Source: Bacteroidota bacterium
GTDB taxonomy: Bacteria; Bacteroidota; Bacteroidia; Chitinophagales; Chitinophagaceae
Direction of reading: 5' to 3'
Assembly: GCA_023437225.1 (NCBI GenBank)
Contig: JAEZGS010000010.1
Location: 9,608 to 73,607 of the forward strand
DNA length: 64,000 nt
Shown: positions 9,585-18,085 of the stretch, one piece after another
Numbering within the stretch: position 1 is the stretch's first letter
Layout of the letters: each line of letters begins with the position of its first letter
Translations under genes and position numbers: made by a program
Notes under the pieces: generated by a model
Told to the model about the DNA's origin: nothing
Seen by the model: only the letters and a program-made list of their open reading frames with translations
Database searches by the model: none

Positions 9585-10660
9585 TGTGCTGGCATTTTAA
9601 TGATGTCATTTTTTCCAATGCCCTGGGTAATTTCAACACGCTGATAGTCTTTGAGACCGGTTACTACTTTTCTTTGTTCGCCGTTTTCAAGAATAACCGT
9701 CGTGTCAGGTAAAAGGTAGTTGCGGGGAATCGTGATCGCATCCTTTTTAGTGCTGATAAGAATGTTTGCTTCGACGGTAAGGTTCGGATAGAGTTGTGGC
9801 GGTAAGGTATTGAAGATGGCTTCTACCTGGAATGATCTTGAACGTTCATTCATAATAGGAAGGATCCTTGTGATGATCGCTTCGAACACCCGTCCTTTGT
9901 ACACATCCATACTCACAAAAACCTTTTGCCCGGGTTTCACTTTCGCGATATCGTATTCATCGACCTGTAATTCTAAAATAAATTCGTCCGTTGCACCAAT
10001 GACTGCAACGGGAGTTTGTGGGTTAACAGATTCGCCCGGCTCTTTCAGGATGTTGTACACTCTGCCGTTCTGAGATGCCTTTACAAGATAGTCGTCGTTT
10101 ACCGCATTGGATATTTGTAAATTTTTTCGCGACTGTCGGGCTGCGAAATCAATGTCGCGTCTCAAATTCTTATATCGCAGCAGCGCAGCTTCGTAAGCGG
10201 TTTTGGAGTTCTTCCATGCCAGTTCTCTTTGCTCAAGTTCGTTCCTGGTGCCGATCTCCTGTTTCCATAAATTGGCCTGGCGTTGAAAAAGAATGGAATC
10301 CTGCACCATCTTATCACGAGCCAGATAGATATTTACCTGGAGTTCATTTAGCCTGTCGGCATTGGAGGCTTCGGAAGAGTATCTTGCGGCAAGTTGTGCG
10401 TTCTCGGCGCTTAGTTGTGACTTGTCGTTGACAAGTTTCATGATAATATCGCCTTTGCGAACGGTGTCTCCCTCTGTAACAAGATTTTCGGCAATAATCC
10501 CGGGCACCGTGGCGAAGACCTGGTATTGATTCTTGCTCTTGATCAAACCTGAAGCATATACAGATTCAGTGATATCCTGAACTATGGGTTGTATGACCTG
10601 TTCGTTGTTTTGATTACAAGCCGCAATCATCACCAGGAGGATCGGCAGAATGTTTTTCAT
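9581..10660 (-). CDS. efflux periplasmic adaptor subunit (HlyD/MacA family)
   Basis: 359 aa with a lipoprotein-type signal (ILLVMIAACNQ). Lipoyl-hairpin, coiled-coil and beta-barrel layout. 4-nt overlap with the permease gene. Confidence 0.85.
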   Translation of the reverse strand: MKNILPILLVMIAACNQNNEQVIQPIVQDITESVYASGLIKSKNQYQVFATVPGIIAENLVTEGDTVRKGDIIMKLVNDKSQLSAENAQLAARYSSEASNADRLNELQVNIYLARDKMVQDSILFQRQANLWKQEIGTRNELEQRELAWKNSKTAYEAALLRYKNLRRDIDFAARQSRKNLQISNAVNDDYLVKASQNGRVYNILKEPGESVNPQTPVAVIGATDEFILELQVDEYDIAKVKPGQKVFVSMDVYKGRVFEAIITRILPIMNERSRSFQVEAIFNTLPPQLYPNLTVEANILISTKKDAITIPRNYLLPDTTVILENGEQRKVVTGLKDYQRVEITQGIGKNDIIKMPAQ

Positions 10661-10755
10661 GTATTGAAGTTAGTAAGGACTGAATAATGGGCCAGCAAAA
10701 AAATGCAATTGAAATTTTTCTTTATGTCCAGTTAACGTGTAAATAACCTGGATAC

Positions 10756-10776
10756 TGAAGCGGAAGCGCCGCTTCA
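10756..10776. other. perfect 8-bp stem hairpin (TGAAGCGG-AAGCG-CCGCTTCA) in a divergent intergenic region
   Basis: Read directly; followed by AAATTTTAAT on the + strand. No upstream + strand gene for it to terminate. Confidence 0.5.
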
Positions 10777-10900
10777 AATTTTAATGCGAAATGATCAGGT
10801 CCAGCCTCGATTTAAGCATCAATTTTTATGTTGAACTGTTACCTTCGCGAAGTACTTCGAAACGACCCTATTTGAAACCTTAAATTAAAAATCTGTTATT

Positions 10901-11632
10901 ATGAAAACGAAAGCATTTTGTTTCGTAGCAATTGTATTTGCTACAATTATTTTTGTTAGTTGTTCAAAAAAGGACACGATCTCAAGCCCTCCTCCAGCTG
11001 CAAATTTTAGCTACTCGGGTGCAGGCCTTGCTCCAGCCAATGTTAGCTTCACGAACACTTCTTCGAATGCGACGAGTTATTCATGGGATTTTGGCGATAA
11101 TGCAACTTCGTACCAGCCGAATCCCTCACATACGTATACTCAGGGCGGCGTCTATACGGTGAAACTTACTGCAACAGGAAATGGCGGCTCGCACACTACG
11201 AGCAAAACGGTAAATATCAGTAACCCGTCTAGCGTAAAAATCACTGCAATTAAAGTTGTGCAAATGCCCTTTACTAGTGCGAATGGTGGGGGTTGGGACA
11301 CTAATTCTGGACCGGATGTTACATATTCTTTAACCGATGTAAACGACAATCTTGTCATTGAGTCATCGACATACTTTGCAAATGTCGTTGCGGGCAACTT
11401 GCCGTTATCGTTTCCCCTTGATCCGCTTTTTCAAATCACGAATTTCGCTACGACGTATAAAGTGAGACTTTGGGATTATGATGGGGATGATTTTCCGGCG
11501 AACCTGGACGATTTTATAGGTGGTTACACATTCAATCTAACTGAAGCCGCACGATCTGGTTACCCGTCTACATATACGCTGTATTTGAGCGGCAATCCGG
11601 TAAAAATCGAGCTTTCTCTTCAATGGCAGTAG
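10901..11632 (+). CDS. PKD-domain lipoprotein
   Basis: 243 aa with a lipobox (IFVSCSKK). PKD signature ANFSYS..VSFTNTS..YSWDFGDN..NPSHTYTQGGVYTVKLTATG. The C-terminal ~130 aa are unassigned. Confidence 0.75.
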   Translation: MKTKAFCFVAIVFATIIFVSCSKKDTISSPPPAANFSYSGAGLAPANVSFTNTSSNATSYSWDFGDNATSYQPNPSHTYTQGGVYTVKLTATGNGGSHTTSKTVNISNPSSVKITAIKVVQMPFTSANGGGWDTNSGPDVTYSLTDVNDNLVIESSTYFANVVAGNLPLSFPLDPLFQITNFATTYKVRLWDYDGDDFPANLDDFIGGYTFNLTEAARSGYPSTYTLYLSGNPVKIELSLQWQ

Positions 11633-11716
11633 GCGACGATACTTTTTATAGTTAAGAGTACTTGTGTTTTTCTTGTTTCTTAGAATCAGAAACTGCAACT
11701 ATATCAACAATAGTCT

Positions 11717-11755
11717 AGGGACGATAAACTTAATGTTTGTCGTCCCTTTCTTCAT
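11717..11755 (+). terminator. putative intrinsic terminator after the PKD gene
   Basis: Stem AGGGACGA (11717-11724) pairs with TCGTCCCT (11740-11747), followed by TTCTTCATT. The 15-nt loop is long, so this is tentative. Confidence 0.35.
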
Positions 11756-11864
11756 TAAATGAGTTATGACCTACTCGGTAAATTGATTAATTTTCTATCA
11801 CTGATGATTTTTCAATTGGAATAAGCCAAGGCACTTCAGTTGATACACAGAAATTCAAACGAAT

Positions 11865-12716
11865 ATGAATAAAATGCTCCTTATTATAGCATTTACATGC
11901 CTATCTTTTTTAGGCAATGGCCAGGAGCGTCCAAAAGTTTTTGATGTGCACCTACATGGAAGCAATAACCTCGATACTCAGTTGAACGTTCTGCACGGCT
12001 CAGGAGTGTATAAAGCAGCTATTAGTACCTCATGGGACTTACAGGCAAATTATCGCAACAAGACGGAAATCAAACTTTTGTTTGGTCTTATGTTTCCTTG
12101 TCCGAACGGCAAAGTGCCATACAGTCTTCAGCCCTGTTATGCGAACGGGAAGGATTGGCCATCCCTGGATTGGGTTGAACAGCAGATCAAAAATGGTAAT
12201 ATCGATTTCTTAGGGGAGGTGCTAAGCCAGTACTATGGCATTTCATCCTCTGATACCTTGCTTTATCCTTACTACGCATTAGCTGAAAAATATGGTATAC
12301 CTGTGGGCATACATACAGGTGGTGCTGGTCCTGATCATGGGAGTCCAAACTTCAGGCTGGAACTGGGCAGCCCGTTATTGTTAGAAAATACGATTGTCAG
12401 GTTTCCCGGATTGAAAGTTTGGATCATGCACGCTGGTGATCATTATTTCACGGAAGCTATTACCCTCATGAATAAATATCGAAACGTCTATGCTGATATC
12501 TCGGTAATATCTAATCCGCAAATTGTATCTGCGGAGCGGTTTGAAAGCATCATGAGATCATTGATAGAAGCAGGGTTGGAAGATCGCCTGATGTTTGGGA
12601 CGGATAATGCGGATGTCGATAAGGTGGTGAAGGCCGTGGAAGCACTTCATTTTTTATCCAACCTTCAAAAGAAAAAAATTTTTAATCAAAATGCCGAACG
12701 ATTCTTTTCAAAATGA
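11865..12716 (+). CDS. amidohydrolase-family protein (TIM-barrel metal hydrolase), secreted
   Basis: 283 aa with a signal peptide. N-terminal HxH (FDVHLHG), the blocks IMHAGD and MFGTDN, and a C-terminal IFNQNAERFF. Confidence 0.75.
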   Translation: MNKMLLIIAFTCLSFLGNGQERPKVFDVHLHGSNNLDTQLNVLHGSGVYKAAISTSWDLQANYRNKTEIKLLFGLMFPCPNGKVPYSLQPCYANGKDWPSLDWVEQQIKNGNIDFLGEVLSQYYGISSSDTLLYPYYALAEKYGIPVGIHTGGAGPDHGSPNFRLELGSPLLLENTIVRFPGLKVWIMHAGDHYFTEAITLMNKYRNVYADISVISNPQIVSAERFESIMRSLIEAGLEDRLMFGTDNADVDKVVKAVEALHFLSNLQKKKIFNQNAERFFSK

Positions 12717-12725
12717 TATGGCACC

Positions 12726-13319
12726 ATGAGAAAAATTATTGTCTTGTCCATGATCACATTGGATGGTGTAATGCAGGCTCCGGGCGGTCCTGAGGAGGAC
12801 ACCTCAAATGGCTTTAAATACGGCGGCTGGTCGGCACCGTACGGCGATGAAGTCTCTGGCAAACTTATGCAAAGGCTCATGCAGCCAACTGACCTGCTTT
12901 TGGGAAGAAAGACTTTTGATATCTGGGAAAACTATTGGCCAGAGCATGCAGATTACTGGCCGGGGATCAACGATGTCAACAAATATGTTTTATCCAGAAC
13001 CCGCAATCAGTCCGACTGGAACAATTCCATTTTTCTCGCGCATTTGTGGGATATAGAAAATTTAAAAAAATCGGAGGGCTCAGATATTAAAGTGTGGGGC
13101 AGTAGTGAGGTTATTCAACTATTGTTGAAGATCGATCTTGTGGACGAACTGTGGCTGATCATTCATCCCCTGACTTTGGGAAATGGGAAGAAGTTGTTCA
13201 ACGATGGGCCTATTCCCGCAGCATTTACATTAGCGGAATGTACCCATACACCGAGCGGGGTGATCATCGCGAATTATAAGCGCGCCGGCGAAGTTATAAC
13301 GGGTACAGTAGGAGCGTAA
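12726..13319 (+). CDS. dihydrofolate-reductase-family protein (RibD_C type), paralog 2
   Basis: 197 aa. Blocks MRKIIVLSMITLDGVMQAPGG and DELWLIIHPLTLGNGKKLF. Confidence 0.8.
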   Translation: MRKIIVLSMITLDGVMQAPGGPEEDTSNGFKYGGWSAPYGDEVSGKLMQRLMQPTDLLLGRKTFDIWENYWPEHADYWPGINDVNKYVLSRTRNQSDWNNSIFLAHLWDIENLKKSEGSDIKVWGSSEVIQLLLKIDLVDELWLIIHPLTLGNGKKLFNDGPIPAAFTLAECTHTPSGVIIANYKRAGEVITGTVGA

Positions 13320-13388
13320 TGGCTGGACTTGAAAGTTGGGTAATCAAAACATCGTGATTCAAACATATTAGCTTCTAAAATTTATTCA

Positions 13389-14132
13389 ATGGAGTTTTCA
13401 CCTTTTAATAATGTTGTGAAATTATGTCTGCAAGGAATGCAGATGGAAGAGAAAGGCCACACTGGAGAGGCGCTTAAACTTTTTCTTCAAGGATGGGAGG
13501 TGGCGACAAATGATTTTGAAAAATTTCTTGCAGCATATTATGTAGCGCGAAATCAGAAAACGGCGCGCGAAACTCTGGAATGGCTTATGACAGCTTTGCA
13601 GTTTGCAACTAAATCGGATAGTCATTCTGCGAATAGTGCATTACCTTCTCTATACTTCAGCATCAGCAAATGTTATGAGGAATTGGGCGATATGCATGAT
13701 TCAGAAAAATTTCATGATCTGTCGATCGCTCACAAAAATAATCCTACGGATAAAGGACCCTTTTACCATGGAACGAAGGCGGATTTGAATATCGGTGATT
13801 TGCTCACAGCGGGTGGTAATTCAAATTATCAAGCCGGTTTCAAAATGAACCACATTTATTTCACTGCAATGGTGAATGGTGCAGGGTTGGCGGCGGCTTT
13901 AGCAAAGGGCGATGCAGCAGAACGGGTGTACATTGTTGAACCAACAGGTAGTTTTGAGAACGATCCCAATCTTACCGACAAGAAATTTCCAGGTAATCCA
14001 ACCCGCTCGTATCGGTCACAAGCACCGTTAAAGATCGTGGGAGAAGCTACACAATGGCAACGACCGGATCTCGAAGAGTTAAAGAAGTTTAGGGAAAAGG
14101 TAGAGAGCAATACGGGGGAAATTATCAATTAG
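13389..14132 (+). CDS. arr: NAD+--rifampin ADP-ribosyltransferase (Arr) with ~120-aa N-terminal helical extension
   Basis: Residues ~121-247 read GPFYHGTKADLNIGDLLTAG..NHIYFTA..VYIVEPTGSFENDPNLTDKKFPGNPTRSYRSQAPLKIVGE. This matches the conserved Arr blocks of Arr-2 and Arr-ms as I remember them. Residues 1-120 are an extra TPR-like helical region. Confidence 0.85.
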   Translation: MEFSPFNNVVKLCLQGMQMEEKGHTGEALKLFLQGWEVATNDFEKFLAAYYVARNQKTARETLEWLMTALQFATKSDSHSANSALPSLYFSISKCYEELGDMHDSEKFHDLSIAHKNNPTDKGPFYHGTKADLNIGDLLTAGGNSNYQAGFKMNHIYFTAMVNGAGLAAALAKGDAAERVYIVEPTGSFENDPNLTDKKFPGNPTRSYRSQAPLKIVGEATQWQRPDLEELKKFREKVESNTGEIIN

Positions 14133-14168
14133 ATATAATCGATCTCATCATTAAAACAATTTGATCTA

Positions 14169-14744
14169 ATGAGGAATATTATCTCGTTCATGCACGTATC
14201 TCTTGATGGCTTTGTTGCCGGTCCGAACGGTGAAATGGACTGGATCAATGTTGATCAGGAAATTTTCGATTATGTAGGCGCGAGGATAAGCAAGGGGGAC
14301 ACTGCCTTATACGGTCGAAAGACTTACGAGATGATGGAAAGTTACTGGCCGGAGGCAAGAAAAAAGTCTACAGCAACCACACATGAGATAAACCATTCAA
14401 AATGGTATAACAACACGTATAAGATCGTTCTATCAAGAACGTTGAATGCAGAGTATCGAGCCAACACCGAAATTATTGGTGACAATATTTCAAACAGGTT
14501 GAATGAAATCAAGCACAAGGGATCAAAAGAGATCCTCTTTTTTGGAAGTCCTACAGCAACTCATTCGCTAATTGAATTGAATTTGATAGACGGCTACTGG
14601 CTATTTGTCAATCCTATCTTACTTGGACAGGGCATTCCGTTGTTTACCAATATTAAAGAGAAAATCCGCTTGAAATTATCACCGGTGACGCGGCAATTTG
14701 CATGCGGTGTAACGGAACTGAATTATTTAGTGGAGAAGCATTAA
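14169..14744 (+). CDS. dihydrofolate-reductase-family protein (RibD_C type), paralog 3
   Basis: 191 aa. Blocks MRNIISFMHVSLDGFVAGPNGEMDW and DGYWLFVNPILLGQGIPLF. Confidence 0.8.
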   Translation: MRNIISFMHVSLDGFVAGPNGEMDWINVDQEIFDYVGARISKGDTALYGRKTYEMMESYWPEARKKSTATTHEINHSKWYNNTYKIVLSRTLNAEYRANTEIIGDNISNRLNEIKHKGSKEILFFGSPTATHSLIELNLIDGYWLFVNPILLGQGIPLFTNIKEKIRLKLSPVTRQFACGVTELNYLVEKH

Positions 14745-14769
14745 TCGATTAAATCACAATAGCGCGTTC

Positions 14770-15282
14770 ATGTATCATGGAAAAAACAACCAAAGGTTCA
14801 CTATCATTTTATTCATCATCTACCTGGCAGCACTTTATTGGATCCTGTTATTGAAATTGGGTGTTAACTTTTCGTATATGGCTAGCAGAAGATCGAACCT
14901 TGTGCCATTCAATCACTCACCAGTTCTAAGCGGTGAGAATATCCTGAACCTGATTGTCTTCATGCCACTCGGCATATACATAGGTGTGTTATTTCGGCGT
15001 TTAAATTTCTTCTCTAAATTGTTTCTGTTTTTCCTGTTTAGTTTTACCGTTGAAATTATTCAGTATGTATTCAGGTTGGGCGCATTCGACATCACCGATA
15101 TCATTACAAACACATCGGGGGCAGTTCTTGGTCTTCTTATATACGAAGTCATTAAATTAACTTTAAAAGACAATATGAAAACACAGAAGTTCATAAATGT
15201 AGTTGCTGCCGCCTCAACAGCATTTATGATTTTGTTATTGGTCTTACTTAAATTAAACATGCTTCCGATCCGGTATCAATGA
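14770..15282 (+). CDS. VanZ-like family membrane protein
   Basis: 170 aa with 4-5 TM. The pattern LVPF..NILNLIVFMPLG..EIIQY..FDITDIITNTSGAVLG is typical of VanZ-like proteins. Confidence 0.7.
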   Translation: MYHGKNNQRFTIILFIIYLAALYWILLLKLGVNFSYMASRRSNLVPFNHSPVLSGENILNLIVFMPLGIYIGVLFRRLNFFSKLFLFFLFSFTVEIIQYVFRLGAFDITDIITNTSGAVLGLLIYEVIKLTLKDNMKTQKFINVVAAASTAFMILLLVLLKLNMLPIRYQ

Positions 15283-15381
15283 TGAGCTATTACATACCCA
15301 CACTGAATAACTGGTGATGTTATATTTTGAACAGACCACACAGGCATAGGGGAAACTAATAATAAACGGTAATTGACACAG

Positions 15382-17535
15382 ATGATGCGATTTATACTTT
15401 ACCTGCTTCTATCTTTATTATCCATTGGTTGTTCAAGAAAATTGTTCCATCCACAGTGGCTGACGGAAAGTGCACCCTCGTCCTATGCTGTTCGGTTTGA
15501 AACAACGAAGGGAAAGTTTGATATTGCCGTAAACCGGGGCTGGTCGCCGCTTGCAGCCGATAGGTTTTACCAATTAGTGCAACATCGCTATTATGATAAG
15601 GCTGTCTTTTATAGAGTTGTTCCCAACTTCGTTGCTCAATTTGGAAGCAGCGACAGTGCATTAGCTGAAAAATGGAATAAGCATATCATTCCTGATGAAC
15701 CGGTACTTCGATCCAACACAAAAGGAAGGATAAGCTTTGCACGATCTGGTAGAGACAGTCGCGGTAGCGAAATGTTCATCAACCTGCGAGACAACCAGCG
15801 GCTGGATACGATACACTACTCGGATGTTACCGGTTTTCCGCCCTTTGGCGAAGTCATCAATGGAATGGATGTAGTGATGAGTCTTTATTCAGGATATGGT
15901 GATAAAGTATTTGGCAGTCTTGATACTCTTTACAAAAATCGCCGACTCTTCTTAAAATCATATCCAAAGCTTGATATTATCCGTAAGGCGCGAATTATTC
16001 CCACACCGAACACAACGGATGGGAATTTATCATCTGAGGCCTCGGAGATTATTCAAATAAAGGACTCTGGCAGCGTTTTTTCTAACCCTCCTTTCAAGAA
16101 TTGTCATGCTGCAACAATTGTTGAAACAAGTCCGGACACGCTTTTGTATGCGTGGTTTGGAGGAGACCATGAAGGTGCAAAAAATGTGGCGATATGGGGT
16201 TGTTACCGATATGCCACACAGCCGGACCAATGGGGTGATCCATTTCTTCTGGCGACCGGGCAGGATTCTTCAGGCAATGCCCAGCCCTGCTGGAACCCTG
16301 TATTGTTTAAAACTTCGCAGGGGACTTTGTTTCTTGATTACAAAGTAGGGCCTAACCCTCGCCAATGGTGGGCGGAAAGAAAAATATCTTTGGACGATGG
16401 CAAATCCTGGTCTGCATCAAGTCGGCTCCCGCGGGGCTTTTTGGGGCCGATAAGAAACAAACCCATCCAGTTGACCGACGGGAATATTCTGTATCCATCA
16501 AGCACCGAAAGCCTTGATGAAAAGACATGGAAGATCCATTTAGAGCGATCCGATGCGGCAGGTAATAACTGGCAACACATAGCCATTGATTGCGATACAT
16601 TTGGAGTGATACAACCGACCATACTTCAACATGGAAACGATACCCTTCAATTGCTCTGTCGCAGTCGCCAAAACAAGATCGTAGAAACCTGGTCTTATGA
16701 TAATGGCATGACGTGGTCGAAATTGGCAGCCTTGAACCTGCCTAACCCAAACTCCGGCGTAGATGCCGTTAGCTTGAAACGTGATTTGCACCTGCTGGTA
16801 TACAATCCGCTGTTGGCCGGGAAGGATTGGTGGTTGGGCCGTTCGGTTCTTAAAGTGGCCATATCCGCTGATGGCAGGTCCTGGAGCGACGTCGCTACAT
16901 TAGAGGATCACCATTCCGGTGAATACAGCTATCCGGCAGTAATTGTAGACAGCAGGAATAATATTCGCATTGCATACACAGACAATCGAACCAATATAAA
17001 ATTTGTGGATCTGATCAGAGGATCAAAAAAAGAAACGGGGGATAAAATGATGTCAAAACAATTCTACGATTTTTCGGCAACCGACATAAGAGGCAGGGAA
17101 GTGAGCATGGATGCTTACAAAGGAAAGACAGTAATAGTGGTGAACACCGCAAGCAAGTGTGGGCTCACCCCGCAGTATGAGGGACTTGAAGACTTGTATA
17201 AGAGATATAAAGACAAGGGTCTTGTCATACTTGGATTTCCCTGCAACCAATTTGGCAACCAGGAAAGTGGGACTGAGGAAGCGATCGAAGAATTTTGCCA
17301 GGTGAATTATGGGGTCTCTTTTCCGATGTTCTCAAAGGTGGATGTCAACGGAGATTCGGCGCACCCGTTATTCCAGTTTTTGAAAACCCGCTTAGGATCA
17401 ATATTTGGGCGGAAGATCAAATGGAACTTCACTAAATTTCTTGTTGATAAAAACGGTATTCCTGTAAAAAGATTTTCGCCTGTTACAACACCTGAGAAAA
17501 TGGAGCGTCATATCAAAAAACTTCTTATGATTTAA
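15382..17535 (+). CDS. tri-domain lipoprotein: cyclophilin PPIase + BNR/Asp-box sialidase-like propeller + glutathione peroxidase
   Basis: The track starts at TTG 15373; ATG 15382 gives [18 protein letters not shown] (lipobox). Track aa ~36-205 are cyclophilin ([20 protein letters not shown]). Track aa ~225-548 carry four Asp-boxes ([35 protein letters not shown]). Track aa 559-720 are a full GPx ([23 protein letters not shown]). No stop codon separates the three parts. Confidence 0.75.
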   Translation: MMRFILYLLLSLLSIGCSRKLFHPQWLTESAPSSYAVRFETTKGKFDIAVNRGWSPLAADRFYQLVQHRYYDKAVFYRVVPNFVAQFGSSDSALAEKWNKHIIPDEPVLRSNTKGRISFARSGRDSRGSEMFINLRDNQRLDTIHYSDVTGFPPFGEVINGMDVVMSLYSGYGDKVFGSLDTLYKNRRLFLKSYPKLDIIRKARIIPTPNTTDGNLSSEASEIIQIKDSGSVFSNPPFKNCHAATIVETSPDTLLYAWFGGDHEGAKNVAIWGCYRYATQPDQWGDPFLLATGQDSSGNAQPCWNPVLFKTSQGTLFLDYKVGPNPRQWWAERKISLDDGKSWSASSRLPRGFLGPIRNKPIQLTDGNILYPSSTESLDEKTWKIHLERSDAAGNNWQHIAIDCDTFGVIQPTILQHGNDTLQLLCRSRQNKIVETWSYDNGMTWSKLAALNLPNPNSGVDAVSLKRDLHLLVYNPLLAGKDWWLGRSVLKVAISADGRSWSDVATLEDHHSGEYSYPAVIVDSRNNIRIAYTDNRTNIKFVDLIRGSKKETGDKMMSKQFYDFSATDIRGREVSMDAYKGKTVIVVNTASKCGLTPQYEGLEDLYKRYKDKGLVILGFPCNQFGNQESGTEEAIEEFCQVNYGVSFPMFSKVDVNGDSAHPLFQFLKTRLGSIFGRKIKWNFTKFLVDKNGIPVKRFSPVTTPEKMERHIKKLLMI

Positions 17536-17554
17536 AAAAGGCAGTGAAAGAAGT

Positions 17555-18049
17555 ATGAAAGAATCAAAACCTGAAATTGAAGTTGAATTAAGGCCAACAA
17601 GGGTGGAGGACCTGGAACACTTATTTCAATTTCAGCTTGACGAAGAGGCAACGGTAATGGCCGCTTTTACTCCTGCTCAACGGACGGACAAGTCAGCTTT
17701 CTTAAGCAAGTATTCAAAGCTGCTCGACGAGCCAACAGTGAATATGAAGACAATATTGCTTAACGATAACATCATTGGATCAATTTCCAAGTTTGAGCTG
17801 GAAGGCAAAGCGGAACTAACCTATTGGATCGATCGAAAGTTTTGGGGAAAGGGAATTGCGACAATCGCATTGCAAAAACTGCTGGCCGATGAACCCGCCA
17901 GACCCATTTATGGGCGAACCGCATTTGATAACATCGCATCACAAAAAGTGTTGGAAAAATGCGGGTTCCACAAGATCGGGACCGACAAGGGCTTTGCAAA
18001 TGCAAGACAGACGGAGATAGAAGAATTTATTTATGAATTGCGTAGCTAG
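17555..18049 (+). CDS. GNAT-family N-acetyltransferase
   Basis: 164 aa with an acetyl-CoA motif (FWGKGIATIALQKLL). Confidence 0.75.
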   Translation: MKESKPEIEVELRPTRVEDLEHLFQFQLDEEATVMAAFTPAQRTDKSAFLSKYSKLLDEPTVNMKTILLNDNIIGSISKFELEGKAELTYWIDRKFWGKGIATIALQKLLADEPARPIYGRTAFDNIASQKVLEKCGFHKIGTDKGFANARQTEIEEFIYELRS

Positions 18050-18085
18050 CTAGCGCACGCAATCTTTTAATGAAGCAGTCAGACA

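Noticed and set aside
15373-15381. TTG start at 15373 for the tri-domain ORF, together with similar non-ATG track starts at 37020, 52929 and 26812.
   Set aside because: Nearby ATG codons give sensible N-termini (lipobox, TGGT motif, TM1). The non-ATG starts are artefacts of longest-ORF calling.
17047-17535. Selenocysteine recoding in the glutathione peroxidase module.
   Set aside because: The peroxidatic position is a TGT Cys codon ([10 protein letters not shown]). There is no in-frame TGA and no SECIS-like requirement.
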